Shown in pieces: positions 37,040 through 45,407 of a stretch of 64,000 bases of DNA. A program made the translations under genes and the position numbers. The notes under the pieces are model-generated. The model saw only the letters and a program-made list of their open reading frames with translations. It searched no databases and had not been told where the DNA came from. Within the stretch, counting starts at the first letter, position 1; each line of letters starts with the position of its first letter. The stretch spans positions 5,580-69,579 of the forward strand of contig DIYM01000017.1 of the NCBI GenBank assembly GCA_002429045.1, in the 5' to 3' direction. This stretch comes from Phycisphaerales bacterium UBA6054 (GTDB lineage: Bacteria; Planctomycetota; Phycisphaerae; Phycisphaerales; UBA1924).

Positions 37040-37908
37040 ACGCACCAGCGCGCCGTCCCCGCACCGTCCTCCCGCTCGTCCTGGCGTCGATCACCCTGCT
37101 GCACACCCCCGCGCACGCCTCGCCCACGCCGCTGGGCCCGGCGCTCGAGATGCTCGATCGCGCCGCGCAGGCCCGCCCGATCGACCCCGACACGTCCGCA
37201 ACGCTCGGAGCCGACGCCGCGGCCCTGCTCGCCGCATCCGATCTCCAAGCCAAGCACGCCAACCCAGCGTTCCAACGCGCACTCGGCAATGCGCACCTGC
37301 TCGCGGGCGATCTGGGCCGGGCCACCCTCGCCTTCCGTCGAGCCCACGCCGCGGACCCATCCGACCCGGCCACCGCCGCTTCGCTCGCGTACGCAAGGTC
37401 GCTCATCGACGCCGCGCCCCCCGAGACCCGCGCCGCCGCCTGGCGACGCGTCGCCCTGGCCGCGTCGGACCGCGTGCCGAGAGCCCCGGTCTTCTTCGGA
37501 GCGATCGCCACGCTGTTCGCGGCCTGCCTGCTGTTCGCCCGCCGAGCAGCGGCGCCCACACGCCGAGAGCCGGGCACCTGGCACACCCCCACCGCCGTCA
37601 CGCTGCTGACGCTCTCGGGCGCCGGGGCCGCGTTCCTCGCCGCCGACACGCTGACCACCGACCGCCAGGCCGCGGTCGTCATCAACCAGGCCCCGGCCCG
37701 CACCGGCCCCGACACCGACATCTACCCGCCCGCATTCTCCGAACCGCTCCCGCCGGGCACCGAGGTCACCATCGTCGAAACACGGGACCAGTGGGCCCGA
37801 ATCAGGCTGGCAAACGCGTCTCCGGACACGCAGGCCTGGCTCCCCGCAGCCTCGATCGAGACCATCCGCCCCCCCGCACCACTCGCCGAGCCCGCCCGAG
37901 CTGACTAG
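37036..37908 (+). CDS. batE: BatE-like protein (TPR + C-terminal SH3-like domain)
   Basis: ATGA overlap. Signal peptide, TPR-like helices, a TM helix, and a C-terminal …GTEVTIVETRDQWARIRL… bacterial SH3-like segment. Confidence 0.6.
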   Translation: MNAPARRPRTVLPLVLASITLLHTPAHASPTPLGPALEMLDRAAQARPIDPDTSATLGADAAALLAASDLQAKHANPAFQRALGNAHLLAGDLGRATLAFRRAHAADPSDPATAASLAYARSLIDAAPPETRAAAWRRVALAASDRVPRAPVFFGAIATLFAACLLFARRAAAPTRREPGTWHTPTAVTLLTLSGAGAAFLAADTLTTDRQAAVVINQAPARTGPDTDIYPPAFSEPLPPGTEVTIVETRDQWARIRLANASPDTQAWLPAASIETIRPPAPLAEPARAD

Positions 37909-37924
37909 CATCCCAAGAACACAC

Positions 37925-37996
37925 GCGGGTGTAGTTCAGTGGTAGAACGTCAGCTTCCCAAGCTGAATGTCGTCGGTTCGATCCCGATCACCCGCT
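37925..37996 (+). tRNA. tRNA-Gly (anticodon CCC)
   Basis: Hand-folded. Acceptor GCGGGTG/CACCCGC, D-arm GTTCAGTGGTAGAAC, anticodon arm TCAGC-TTCCCAA-GCTGA, T-arm GTCGG-TTCGATC-CCGAT, discriminator T. No encoded CCA. Confidence 0.9.
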
Positions 37997-38001
37997 TTCG
38001 G
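37948..38001 (+). repeat. attL: 54-bp direct repeat (3' part of tRNA-Gly plus 5 nt)
   Basis: CGTCAGCTTCCCAAGCTGAATGTCGTCGGTTCGATCCCGATCACCCGCTTTCGG is identical to 61645-61698. Coordinates were cross-checked against ORF-track frames. Confidence 0.9.
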
Positions 38002-38110
38002 CCCGAGAACCCCTTTCCTAGTTGTGGGGTCGCTCGGTCCGGCCAGGCGTAGTCCCCGCTTGAGCCTGGCGAACTGCGGGGCGGATTCGGAGCTGGTAAC
38101 TCCGGCCGGA

Positions 38111-38146
38111 AAGAGGGGCTCTGCTTCGGCACAGCCCCTCTTTTTT
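38111..38146 (+). terminator. rho-independent terminator downstream of tRNA-Gly (inside the element)
   Basis: GAGGGGCTCTGC-TTCG-GCACAGCCCCTC forms a 12-bp stem with one mismatch and a TTCG loop, followed by TTTTTT. Confidence 0.7.
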
Positions 38147-38157
38147 GCGGGCTTCCT

Positions 38158-38694
38158 ATGGGCAACGACATTCACATTGAAGCCTGGCTCCGCGACGTTT
38201 CGTGGTGCCCCGACCCATACAACCAGAGGGAGTACTTCGCGAAGTACGTGCTCGGGCTTGAAGGCCAATCGGCATGGGTTTGCCGGAAGCGAGACGGCCG
38301 CCTAGTCGGCTTCCTTGGACCCGAAGAGTACTCGCGGCTCCATGTTTTGATCATCGGTGATGCTCCGTTCCACATCGACTTGGGCATCTCGAAACCATCG
38401 GACAAGATCGTGTCCGTGGTGATTCAGCTCGACGAAGAGGACATCGGCCCAGCGTTTAAACGCGGGAAGGCGCGACTCGCCAGAGTTGAAGCCGCAGCGG
38501 AAGAGGCGGCGTTTGCAAAACGTGAAGCGAGGGCGGCGCGCCGCGCATTCGCGAAGGCCGTTTGCTCATCGGCGGGTCGCACAACTCGATCCCTCCTGGC
38601 ACTAGCATTCAAGGCGTCAGGGAAAGCACTCTCATTCACACGACGCTCAATCGGGCGATACTGGGCCTGGATCGTCTCGCGGACCCAGGCCTGA
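38158..38694 (+). CDS. hypothetical protein (prophage left arm)
   Basis: 178 aa. The N-terminal two thirds look protein-like (…WCPDPYNQREYFAKYVLGLEG…). The C-terminal third is Ala/Arg-rich and less certain. GC is lower than in the host genes. Confidence 0.45.
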   Translation: MGNDIHIEAWLRDVSWCPDPYNQREYFAKYVLGLEGQSAWVCRKRDGRLVGFLGPEEYSRLHVLIIGDAPFHIDLGISKPSDKIVSVVIQLDEEDIGPAFKRGKARLARVEAAAEEAAFAKREARAARRAFAKAVCSSAGRTTRSLLALAFKASGKALSFTRRSIGRYWAWIVSRTQA

Positions 38695-38718
38695 TTCAAT
38701 CCCTCCACATTCGCGCTG

Positions 38719-38754
38719 TTTGTGTTTGACACAAAGCTCGCGGACCGATAGATT
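38719..38754 (+). promoter_or_regulatory. sigma70-like promoter (TTGACA-17 nt-TAGATT) embedded in the palindrome TTTGTGT-TTG-ACACAAA
   Basis: TTGACA lies at 38726-38731 and TAGATT at 38749-38754, a 17-nt spacer. A perfect 7-bp inverted repeat (38719-38735) overlaps the -35 box. Confidence 0.4.
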
Positions 38755-39101
38755 CCTCGCGTCAGGGCAAGCCGCTCCCTGACGTTACCAACCAGCGGCA
38801 CAACTAGGCCCCACTCACAGCAAGGGGCACGAATCACCGCCCGTCTGATCGACGGGGGTCTGTCCGATGGCCGTGTCTTCCTGTGCGCGGTCTAGATGCA
38901 CGGACGCGGCGCGTCGCCGTTCGACCTCCATTCGACCAGGGGCCCGCGTTCGGGTGTCTCCAGGCCCGTGCGCGGATTCTCTCCGTCCGCACGGAAGCGG
39001 GCTCTCTCCGGGCCGTGGATATGGCTCGACCCTCGCGGCTCGCCGGCTCACCCCGCCGGCGTGCCGTTTGAAAGGCGGTCGCGTTGATCACACCGAAGAA
39101 C

Positions 39102-39341
39102 ATGAACTTTGAGGGCGTCCAAGTCCAAATCCCTGACGATCTGGGCGCTTCCTCCGGACGCTGCTCGGGACGATTCTCGGCCTTCGTCGCTGGGGCGTAC
39201 GCAGCGGCATATGGGAAGCCCGAGTCCGCGTGTCCGTATGAATCGAAGCGCGGCTCCGGATCCTTTCGAAAGGCGTGGATCCGAGGTCACCGGGCCCGAA
39301 CAGAGTCGGGTGCTCGTTCATCTGCGAAGGGTGTCGCGTGA
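39102..39341 (+). CDS. ribosome-modulation-factor (RMF)-like small protein
   Basis: AGAYAAAYGKPESACPYESKRGSGSFRKAWIRGH resembles the RMF core pattern (GYxAGxxGxxxxxCPY…RxxWxxGW). Its stop overlaps the dam ATG (TGATG). Confidence 0.4.
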   Translation: MNFEGVQVQIPDDLGASSGRCSGRFSAFVAGAYAAAYGKPESACPYESKRGSGSFRKAWIRGHRARTESGARSSAKGVA

Positions 39342-40282
39342 TGGCCGAGGCCCCTGCCATCACCGCCCTGGCGCCGTGGTTCGGCGGCAAGCGACGGATG
39401 GCGCCCGCCATCGTTCGGCAGTTGTGTTGGGATCCCGAGAGGCAAGTCGAGCGCGTGCCCGACTACTTTGCCGAGCCGTTCTGCGGATCAATGGCCGTGT
39501 CGATGGCGATGCCCAAGGTGCAAACGCATCTCGTCAGCGATCTCCATCGGGAGCTGATCGGCTTCGCGGAGGTCCTCGCCGGCCCGAACGGCCCGGCACT
39601 CGTTGCTCGGTGCGAACGCACACTCTGTTGCGAGAGCATCTACGACGACGCGTGCAAGCAAATCGAACGGTTCCGCGGAATGCGGCCCTACCTTCCCGAT
39701 ACACAGTCGGCATTCGATCGAGCGTGGGCGTTCTACGTCGCAGCTTGGCTCGGTCCGAACGGGCTGATCGGCACGGAACACAATGCTCGATTCTGCGCCC
39801 GCTTCGGCCCGGGCGGCGGCAGCCCTGCCAAGCGATTCCAGAGCGCCGCCGATTCGCTCCCGTGGTTCATGGAGCGGCTTCGCGAGATGGTGATCCTCAA
39901 CCGCGACGCGTTCGAGGTCATCGGTTCGATCCAAGACAAGCCGGGCGTGGCGATTTACATCGACTCCCCGTACACCCGTGAGACCCGCGTCTCCGGCGAG
40001 TACGTTCACGAGTTCGAAGACAAACAGGGCGCGACGATGTTCGGCGCCGAGGATGACCACGACCGGCTTGCGGCCGCTCTCGGCCGCTTCAAGCACGCTC
40101 GCATCGTGGTCAGCTACGAGGATTGCGATCGAGTCCGCGAGCTTTATGCGGGCTGGGACGTCATCGACATGGGCCAACACAAGAACACGAGCAACGCCGC
40201 GAAGGCGGGTCGATCGAGTGATCAGGCCCCCGAGGTGTTGCTCATCAACAACGGGGCACGACCAATGGAGGCTGACCGATGA
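39341..40282 (+). CDS. dam: DNA adenine methyltransferase (D12 class, Dam-like), no cognate nuclease seen
   Basis: PWFGGKRR, AEPFCGSMAV (motif I, FxGxG-like) and IYIDSPY (motif IV, DPPY variant). No restriction endonuclease gene is adjacent. Confidence 0.85.
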   Translation: MAEAPAITALAPWFGGKRRMAPAIVRQLCWDPERQVERVPDYFAEPFCGSMAVSMAMPKVQTHLVSDLHRELIGFAEVLAGPNGPALVARCERTLCCESIYDDACKQIERFRGMRPYLPDTQSAFDRAWAFYVAAWLGPNGLIGTEHNARFCARFGPGGGSPAKRFQSAADSLPWFMERLREMVILNRDAFEVIGSIQDKPGVAIYIDSPYTRETRVSGEYVHEFEDKQGATMFGAEDDHDRLAAALGRFKHARIVVSYEDCDRVRELYAGWDVIDMGQHKNTSNAAKAGRSSDQAPEVLLINNGARPMEADR

Positions 40283-40623
40283 AACAGATCCGAAGATGGT
40301 GGACCGATCGTGTCGCGAGCATCAAGCTGCTGCGCGTAGAGCTTCGAGAGTCGCAGGCCACGGCTGATGAACTGATGCAGCTCTACCACAGCGCATCGGT
40401 CGTCAGGGACCAGCATCGCCGCGCCCGTGATACGACCGAACGCCAGCTCGCATCGGAAAAGCGATTGAGACTCGCCTCCGATCAGAAGCTCCATGCGCTG
40501 CTGATCGAGAAACGTCAGCTCGCAGCCGAGGTATCCCGGCTCCGTTCCGAACTCGCCACAGCACGCGCCGAGTCCATCGTCTGCATCCCAGATCAGCAAC
40601 CGCTCGGCCGCACCGGCTCGTGA
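40279..40623 (+). CDS. coiled-coil hypothetical protein
   Basis: ATGA overlap with dam. 114 aa with heptad-like helical sequence (…LRVELRESQATADELMQL…LLIEKRQLAAEVSRLRSELATARAE…). Confidence 0.5.
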   Translation: MKQIRRWWTDRVASIKLLRVELRESQATADELMQLYHSASVVRDQHRRARDTTERQLASEKRLRLASDQKLHALLIEKRQLAAEVSRLRSELATARAESIVCIPDQQPLGRTGS

Positions 40624-40639
40624 ACGGAGATCCGCACAG

Positions 40640-43276
40640 ATGACCCAACTCCAAGTCGATTTCGATGGTCAACCCCTCGGCGGGAGCATCGCGCCGATCG
40701 GCGATGCCCCGATGTACCACCACCGAGCCCATGCCGTGTTCGGATCACCGGGGATCTTGCAGCTCGACGGGTTCTACCCTGCCGCGCAGAGCGTGCGGGT
40801 CCATCGTGCGTCCGTCTGGAATGGCCAGGACGTCATCGCGATCCATGCCGACTCGGTCTTCCGCCTCGACATCTGGTTCGGCAACCCCGCAGGCGAAGGC
40901 ACGCGATCGTCCTACTCGACCGACAACGGATCCGGGCAGTTCGACATCCTTGCGGGCGCCATCGCCGGCTGGCGGTTCTACCCGTTCCAGTCGGAGGTGA
41001 TCGGCGGACGCATGCTGTTCTACTGCTCGGGATCGGAGATCAGCACCGGGCGCGTCGCCCGGGTCGCCGTCGTCTCGGCGACCTTGGCCGATCTCCAGGC
41101 GGGCGCCACGGACCCCTGGACACTCCACTACGTCAGCGACGAGTTCGCGGCGACGGCCGAGGGCATCGGTGGTCTCTGGATGGCATCGAAGTCTGTCGCC
41201 GACGCCGGGTCCCGCTGGGTGGTGATCTGCGACTACGACTCCGATTCGAAGACGGGCGGTCAGACGTTCGTCCTGAACGTGGCCAACGACGGAACCGTTG
41301 GCGACATGGTCAGGATCGCCAACACATCCGGAGGGACGAACGAACACTACCACTCGGGGGTCCTGCTCAACGACGGGTCGCAGCACCGGGTGGTGTGGCA
41401 CATCGGGGACGGCACGATCCGCACGCTGCACCGGTCGATACCGGACATCGCATCGTTCGCCGCGAACGCCACAGAAGACGCCTCATCCGGCATTGGTGGT
41501 TCGTACCGCGTGAAGAACGCGTCATCGATCGACTGGGGAGACCCAGAGGTCGCGGCCGGGCCGCTGCTCACCGGGTCGACCATGACGAGCAACAGCCGCT
41601 CACAGAACCTCTTCCCGCTCTGCGTGGACCCACGCGATCCCTCCAAGTACCTAAAAGGTGGCGATACCGATTCGGGCCTGATCCAGCGGGTGTCGCTCGA
41701 TGCCAATGGGATCGCGGTCAACGAGATGGTCTTCAATCCGGTCTCGAACCACATCCCCCAGGAGAGCACGGCCCAGTCGTTCTACCTATCGACGTTCCTG
41801 TGCGATGTCACGGGGGACCGCGTCGCGGCGATCGTCTCGAACGAGTTCAACAACGGGTCGCCCGCGCCGGCGTTCTCCGGGATCGCTCTGTCGACCGACG
41901 GCGGCCGCTCGTTCGGATGGGCGTTCAAGGGGACGCCCAGCTCGGGCGTGGTTCAGAACTGCGGCGTGGCGGTGCTCCAGGATGGGACGCTCATCACGGG
42001 CACCGTGGATACGACCGCGTCCGTCCGCGTGATCACGCCTGGCACCGAGATCAATGGCCGCCCGCTGTTCGTTGGGTTCCGGCCCGCGAACGTGCTCCCT
42101 GACCTCGACGAGAACGCCAACGATGGCATCTCGGCATCAGCGGCGCCGACCGTCACCGCGGCCCACGACGGGGGCACCGAGAAGCCCACTCCAACGATCG
42201 TCCACTCCCAGAACGGGTACACCCTGGAACGCGGCCCGGCGGACAACGCCGGCGCGTTGAGCCTCTTCGATTCAGGTGCGCCCGCAGCTGGTATCGCGGC
42301 CTCGAACATGGTGCTCGCGGTCTGGATGCGCAAACGCACCCCCGACGACAACGCCGAAGAATGGCGGATCAAGGACGAGGTGCGGCACTTCCTTTGGACC
42401 GCTGCGGCTTGGGGATCCTCCGGACCGCTGACCGGGATCCCGAACATCGATGGTGATTCGGACGATTGGGTCCGTGCGATCATGATGTACGACGGCTCGG
42501 GCGTCACTGGCTCACCCGGGAGCATGCAACTGCTTCTCCGTGGAAACGCGCTCAATGCATCCGCCGCCAGGTGCGAGCGGGTCTTCGAGTCCCTCGTGGT
42601 CGACCACGACCGGCCGCCACTCCCCTACCCCGACCCAGCTCTCTCGGGCGTCTCGTCTGGCAAGCTGGAAAGCCTCGGTCTCGGGACGGCCTGGACGGCC
42701 CTCGTGGTCTACCAGATCCCCGAGGAATGCTGGGATGCATGGACGGCGAGTGAGGACGGAGCGTGGCACGGGCCTGTCCCGATCCTCTCCATCGCTGACG
42801 CAAACGGGGGCAACGCCATCACACTGTCCGGATTCATGGACGCTCGCGCATCAGGCGGATCGGGTGTGGCGATGACCGACGCGAACTTCGGCTGGGAGAT
42901 CGCAGACACCGACTCGTCGCTCGCCACATCCATCGCCGACCAGCCGATGCGAACGGGCTCCCTGATCGTCGCGATCAGCAAGGACGGCGCTGGCGACATC
43001 AACTATGTCATTGCCGGCCCGCAAGGCACCACCGCCGGCTCGCGTCCGATGTCCTCAGTGGTCGACGCAGACGCGATTCGGTTCTCAAACGTGGCAGAGG
43101 ACGATGCCCTGGAGATGTACGTGCTATCCGCGCGAGCTGATTCGGAAGCTAGGTCCGGGGATGATCTCGTGCGCGTGGTCGCCACGCTTGAGGTCGGGAT
43201 ACCAGATCCGGACGAAAGCGGCGGTCCCGATACGTCCATTCTTTCGTCACCGTTCCCACCCACCATCGTCCTGTAG
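40640..43276 (+). CDS. large hypothetical protein (878 aa) with two Asp-box-like motifs; possible beta-propeller receptor-binding/tail-fibre protein
   Basis: An uninterrupted 878-codon ORF. YSTDNGSGQF and LSTDGGRSFGW resemble BNR/Asp-box (SxDxGxTW). Beta-rich and Gly/Ser/Asp-rich throughout. The functional assignment is inference only. Confidence 0.55.
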   Translation: MTQLQVDFDGQPLGGSIAPIGDAPMYHHRAHAVFGSPGILQLDGFYPAAQSVRVHRASVWNGQDVIAIHADSVFRLDIWFGNPAGEGTRSSYSTDNGSGQFDILAGAIAGWRFYPFQSEVIGGRMLFYCSGSEISTGRVARVAVVSATLADLQAGATDPWTLHYVSDEFAATAEGIGGLWMASKSVADAGSRWVVICDYDSDSKTGGQTFVLNVANDGTVGDMVRIANTSGGTNEHYHSGVLLNDGSQHRVVWHIGDGTIRTLHRSIPDIASFAANATEDASSGIGGSYRVKNASSIDWGDPEVAAGPLLTGSTMTSNSRSQNLFPLCVDPRDPSKYLKGGDTDSGLIQRVSLDANGIAVNEMVFNPVSNHIPQESTAQSFYLSTFLCDVTGDRVAAIVSNEFNNGSPAPAFSGIALSTDGGRSFGWAFKGTPSSGVVQNCGVAVLQDGTLITGTVDTTASVRVITPGTEINGRPLFVGFRPANVLPDLDENANDGISASAAPTVTAAHDGGTEKPTPTIVHSQNGYTLERGPADNAGALSLFDSGAPAAGIAASNMVLAVWMRKRTPDDNAEEWRIKDEVRHFLWTAAAWGSSGPLTGIPNIDGDSDDWVRAIMMYDGSGVTGSPGSMQLLLRGNALNASAARCERVFESLVVDHDRPPLPYPDPALSGVSSGKLESLGLGTAWTALVVYQIPEECWDAWTASEDGAWHGPVPILSIADANGGNAITLSGFMDARASGGSGVAMTDANFGWEIADTDSSLATSIADQPMRTGSLIVAISKDGAGDINYVIAGPQGTTAGSRPMSSVVDADAIRFSNVAEDDALEMYVLSARADSEARSGDDLVRVVATLEVGIPDPDESGGPDTSILSSPFPPTIVL

Positions 43277-43373
43277 AGATTTTCCGTTTGTGCGGTCACA
43301 GACGACCGTATTCCCAATCCTGTTTGTTGCACGGATGCCCGTTCCTCGCGATGTTTCGCCCGGAGGGCAACAC

Positions 43374-44324
43374 ATGATCGCTTCGCCAGAGCTGAAAGTA
43401 ACAAAGGCATTAGATTTGTTCTTGGACTATGTCAACCGCAAGTACGACCACGGAGACGGGCGCGGCCCGACCCGACAGGCGGACAACGTGCGCTCCGCAG
43501 TTGAGCGATGGGTGCGCCCGTACGTAGGCGACCGCTGGCTTTACGAGTTCGACGGACCGGTGTTCGATGCGATGGTGTGGTCCTGGGTAGACTCCGGCAA
43601 GCTCGGCCGAAAGCAAGTTAATCGTTACATCTCGTTCGTTCGTGATTTCATCAAGTTTTGCGTCCGAAGCGGATACGCACAGCCTGACCAGATCGAGGCG
43701 ATCAGGTCCGTAGATCGGATCCGTCAGAACCAGTTCGGGATCGCCGATCCCGAGCCCCGTCAACCCGTCGACGATGAACGCTATCGCCTCGCGCTGCCCC
43801 ATCTCTCCCCGATGGTCCGAGTCATGGTCAAGCTGCTCTATCACACTGGCATGCGACCAGGCGAGGTCCGGGCGATGAGCGCTCGTGATCTCACCCAGAC
43901 GGAACGCGAAGGGCGGGAGGTTGTCCTGTACACGCCGAAGCACCACAAGACCGCCCACCTTGGGAAGAGACGGATGATCCCGTTCGTGGGCGACGGGCTG
44001 GCCGTGCTCACCGACTGGATCGCCGGACTCGATCTCGATACATCCGGCCCCGGCTACCTCTTCTCGCGTGATCCCAGGGGCCGGCACATGATCGCGATCG
44101 ATCGGATCAACCGTGAAGTGCGCCAGGCATGCTTGACAGCCCGGATTGAGCCCTGGACGCCAATGCAGCTCCGCCACCGCTTCGCGACCGAGGCAGAGGC
44201 CAAGCTCGGCAACCTGAAAACCGTGTCGCCCATGATGGGCCACACGAGCGTGAATACGACCAGGATCTACGCCCACCCCAGCGACGAGGCCGCGATCGCG
44301 ACAGCACTCAGGCTGGCGCACTGA
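43374..44324 (+). CDS. int: tyrosine-type site-specific integrase
   Basis: GGAGGG upstream of the ATG. Catalytic pattern: …HTGMRPGEV… (R), …LRHRFAT… (HxxR), …MMGHTSVNTTRIYAH (H…Y). Confidence 0.9.
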   Translation: MIASPELKVTKALDLFLDYVNRKYDHGDGRGPTRQADNVRSAVERWVRPYVGDRWLYEFDGPVFDAMVWSWVDSGKLGRKQVNRYISFVRDFIKFCVRSGYAQPDQIEAIRSVDRIRQNQFGIADPEPRQPVDDERYRLALPHLSPMVRVMVKLLYHTGMRPGEVRAMSARDLTQTEREGREVVLYTPKHHKTAHLGKRRMIPFVGDGLAVLTDWIAGLDLDTSGPGYLFSRDPRGRHMIAIDRINREVRQACLTARIEPWTPMQLRHRFATEAEAKLGNLKTVSPMMGHTSVNTTRIYAHPSDEAAIATALRLAH

Positions 44325-44354
44325 AGACCATCCCTGCGGCACGGAGGCCGAGAC

Positions 44355-45407
44355 ATGAAGGCAACACACGAACCCCACATCGATGCCGGTCAAGCCACGA
44401 TCATCGTTGATCGCTGCGTACCGCCAGCTGGGGATCAGCTGGCTCCGTCGGCGATCAAGGCGGTCCTGTGGTGCATCAGGGGGCTGGGAGCACCCGGCAC
44501 TACCTTGGGCGTCGCGAGCGGCGTTGTTGCCCGCAGAACGTGCCTCAGCGATCGCACCGTCCGCCGTACCATCGCGTTCCTCTGCGATACTGGTGTGCTG
44601 GAGCAGGTCGCCAAGCCCGCTCCTGGCCGCACAGCGCTCTACACAGTCGACTACGTCCGCCTGTCTGACTGGCTCGCAGATGACGACCGAGAGCAAGCAC
44701 GGATACGACCCGACGCCGGACGACACGGCCGGCGTACACCGGACGACACGGCCGCCGAACGCAGGACGACACGGCCACCGTCACCCTCAACGCCGGCCAT
44801 CTCGTCCGCAACGCCGGACGACATTTCCATAACGCCGGACGACACGTCCCCCGTCTCTAAGGAAGAAACTGCATTACCTGCAGATACCTGCAGCAGCAGC
44901 AGCGCGGCGGCGGATGAGGCGGGGTCAAGCTGGGAAGAACTCGACGAGCTGGCAAGACACTCCGGGATCGACTCCGGGATCTCGGGGCAACTCGCCGAGC
45001 TGCTCGTCGCTCGGGGCGCCCAGTCCGACCACCCCGACACGCTCAACGCCCTGGAGCGGTTCGCCGAGGTGCTCGCGACCGGCAACGTCGACAACCCGCC
45101 CGCTCTGTTCCGGTCGATGCTGGACAAGGACGGCGGGGTTGAGTTGAGCAAAGCCGCCGTGAAGCGGCGGAGAGAGCGGGAACGCCGCGAGAGCGAGTTC
45201 GGCGTGTTCCTGTCGTCGAAGACCCCCGAGCAGGCTGTGAGTGTCTCCAGGGCACTCCACGAGCTCGCAGAGCGGAAGCGTGGCCCCGCGTTCCTACGCC
45301 GAATTCGTGCTGATCGCCGCTGGTCCGCTGACCTGGTCCGAGAGTTCGCGATCGACCACTGGGACACCCTCAAGCACGCCGCGAACCAGCACCGGGGGGC
45401 GGCATGA
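44355..45407 (+). CDS. wHTH protein, putative replication initiator (contains the iterons)
   Basis: GGAGG upstream of the ATG. The N-terminus is winged-HTH-like (…VVARRTCLSDRTVRRTIAFLCDTGVLEQV). Five GGACGACA(C/T) repeats and an AT-richer patch lie inside the coding region, as in lambda O/ori. Confidence 0.5.
   Translation: MKATHEPHIDAGQATIIVDRCVPPAGDQLAPSAIKAVLWCIRGLGAPGTTLGVASGVVARRTCLSDRTVRRTIAFLCDTGVLEQVAKPAPGRTALYTVDYVRLSDWLADDDREQARIRPDAGRHGRRTPDDTAAERRTTRPPSPSTPAISSATPDDISITPDDTSPVSKEETALPADTCSSSSAAADEAGSSWEELDELARHSGIDSGISGQLAELLVARGAQSDHPDTLNALERFAEVLATGNVDNPPALFRSMLDKDGGVELSKAAVKRRRERERRESEFGVFLSSKTPEQAVSVSRALHELAERKRGPAFLRRIRADRRWSADLVREFAIDHWDTLKHAANQHRGAA
44712..44850 (+). repeat. 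five iteron-like direct repeats (CC)GGACGACAC(GGCC); putative phage origin
   Basis: GGACGACA(C/T) starts at 44718, 44741, 44764, 44816 and 44837 (spacings 23, 23, 52 and 21 nt). AAGGAAGAAACTGCATTACCTGCAGATACCTGCAG follows. Confidence 0.6.

Noticed and set aside
38424-38837. 137-aa minus-strand ORF (GTG start), considered as a possible divergent repressor next to the palindrome and promoter
   Set aside because: It overlaps the 3' half of the + ORF 38158-38694. It has no recognisable HTH and an Ala/Ser/Arg-rich tail. I cannot exclude it, but the evidence is insufficient to call a cI-like gene.
43410-44726. 438-aa minus-strand ORF opposite the integrase and wHTH genes
   Set aside because: It is antisense to an integrase with the full R…HxxR…H…Y catalytic pattern. 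This is a shadow ORF in high-GC DNA.
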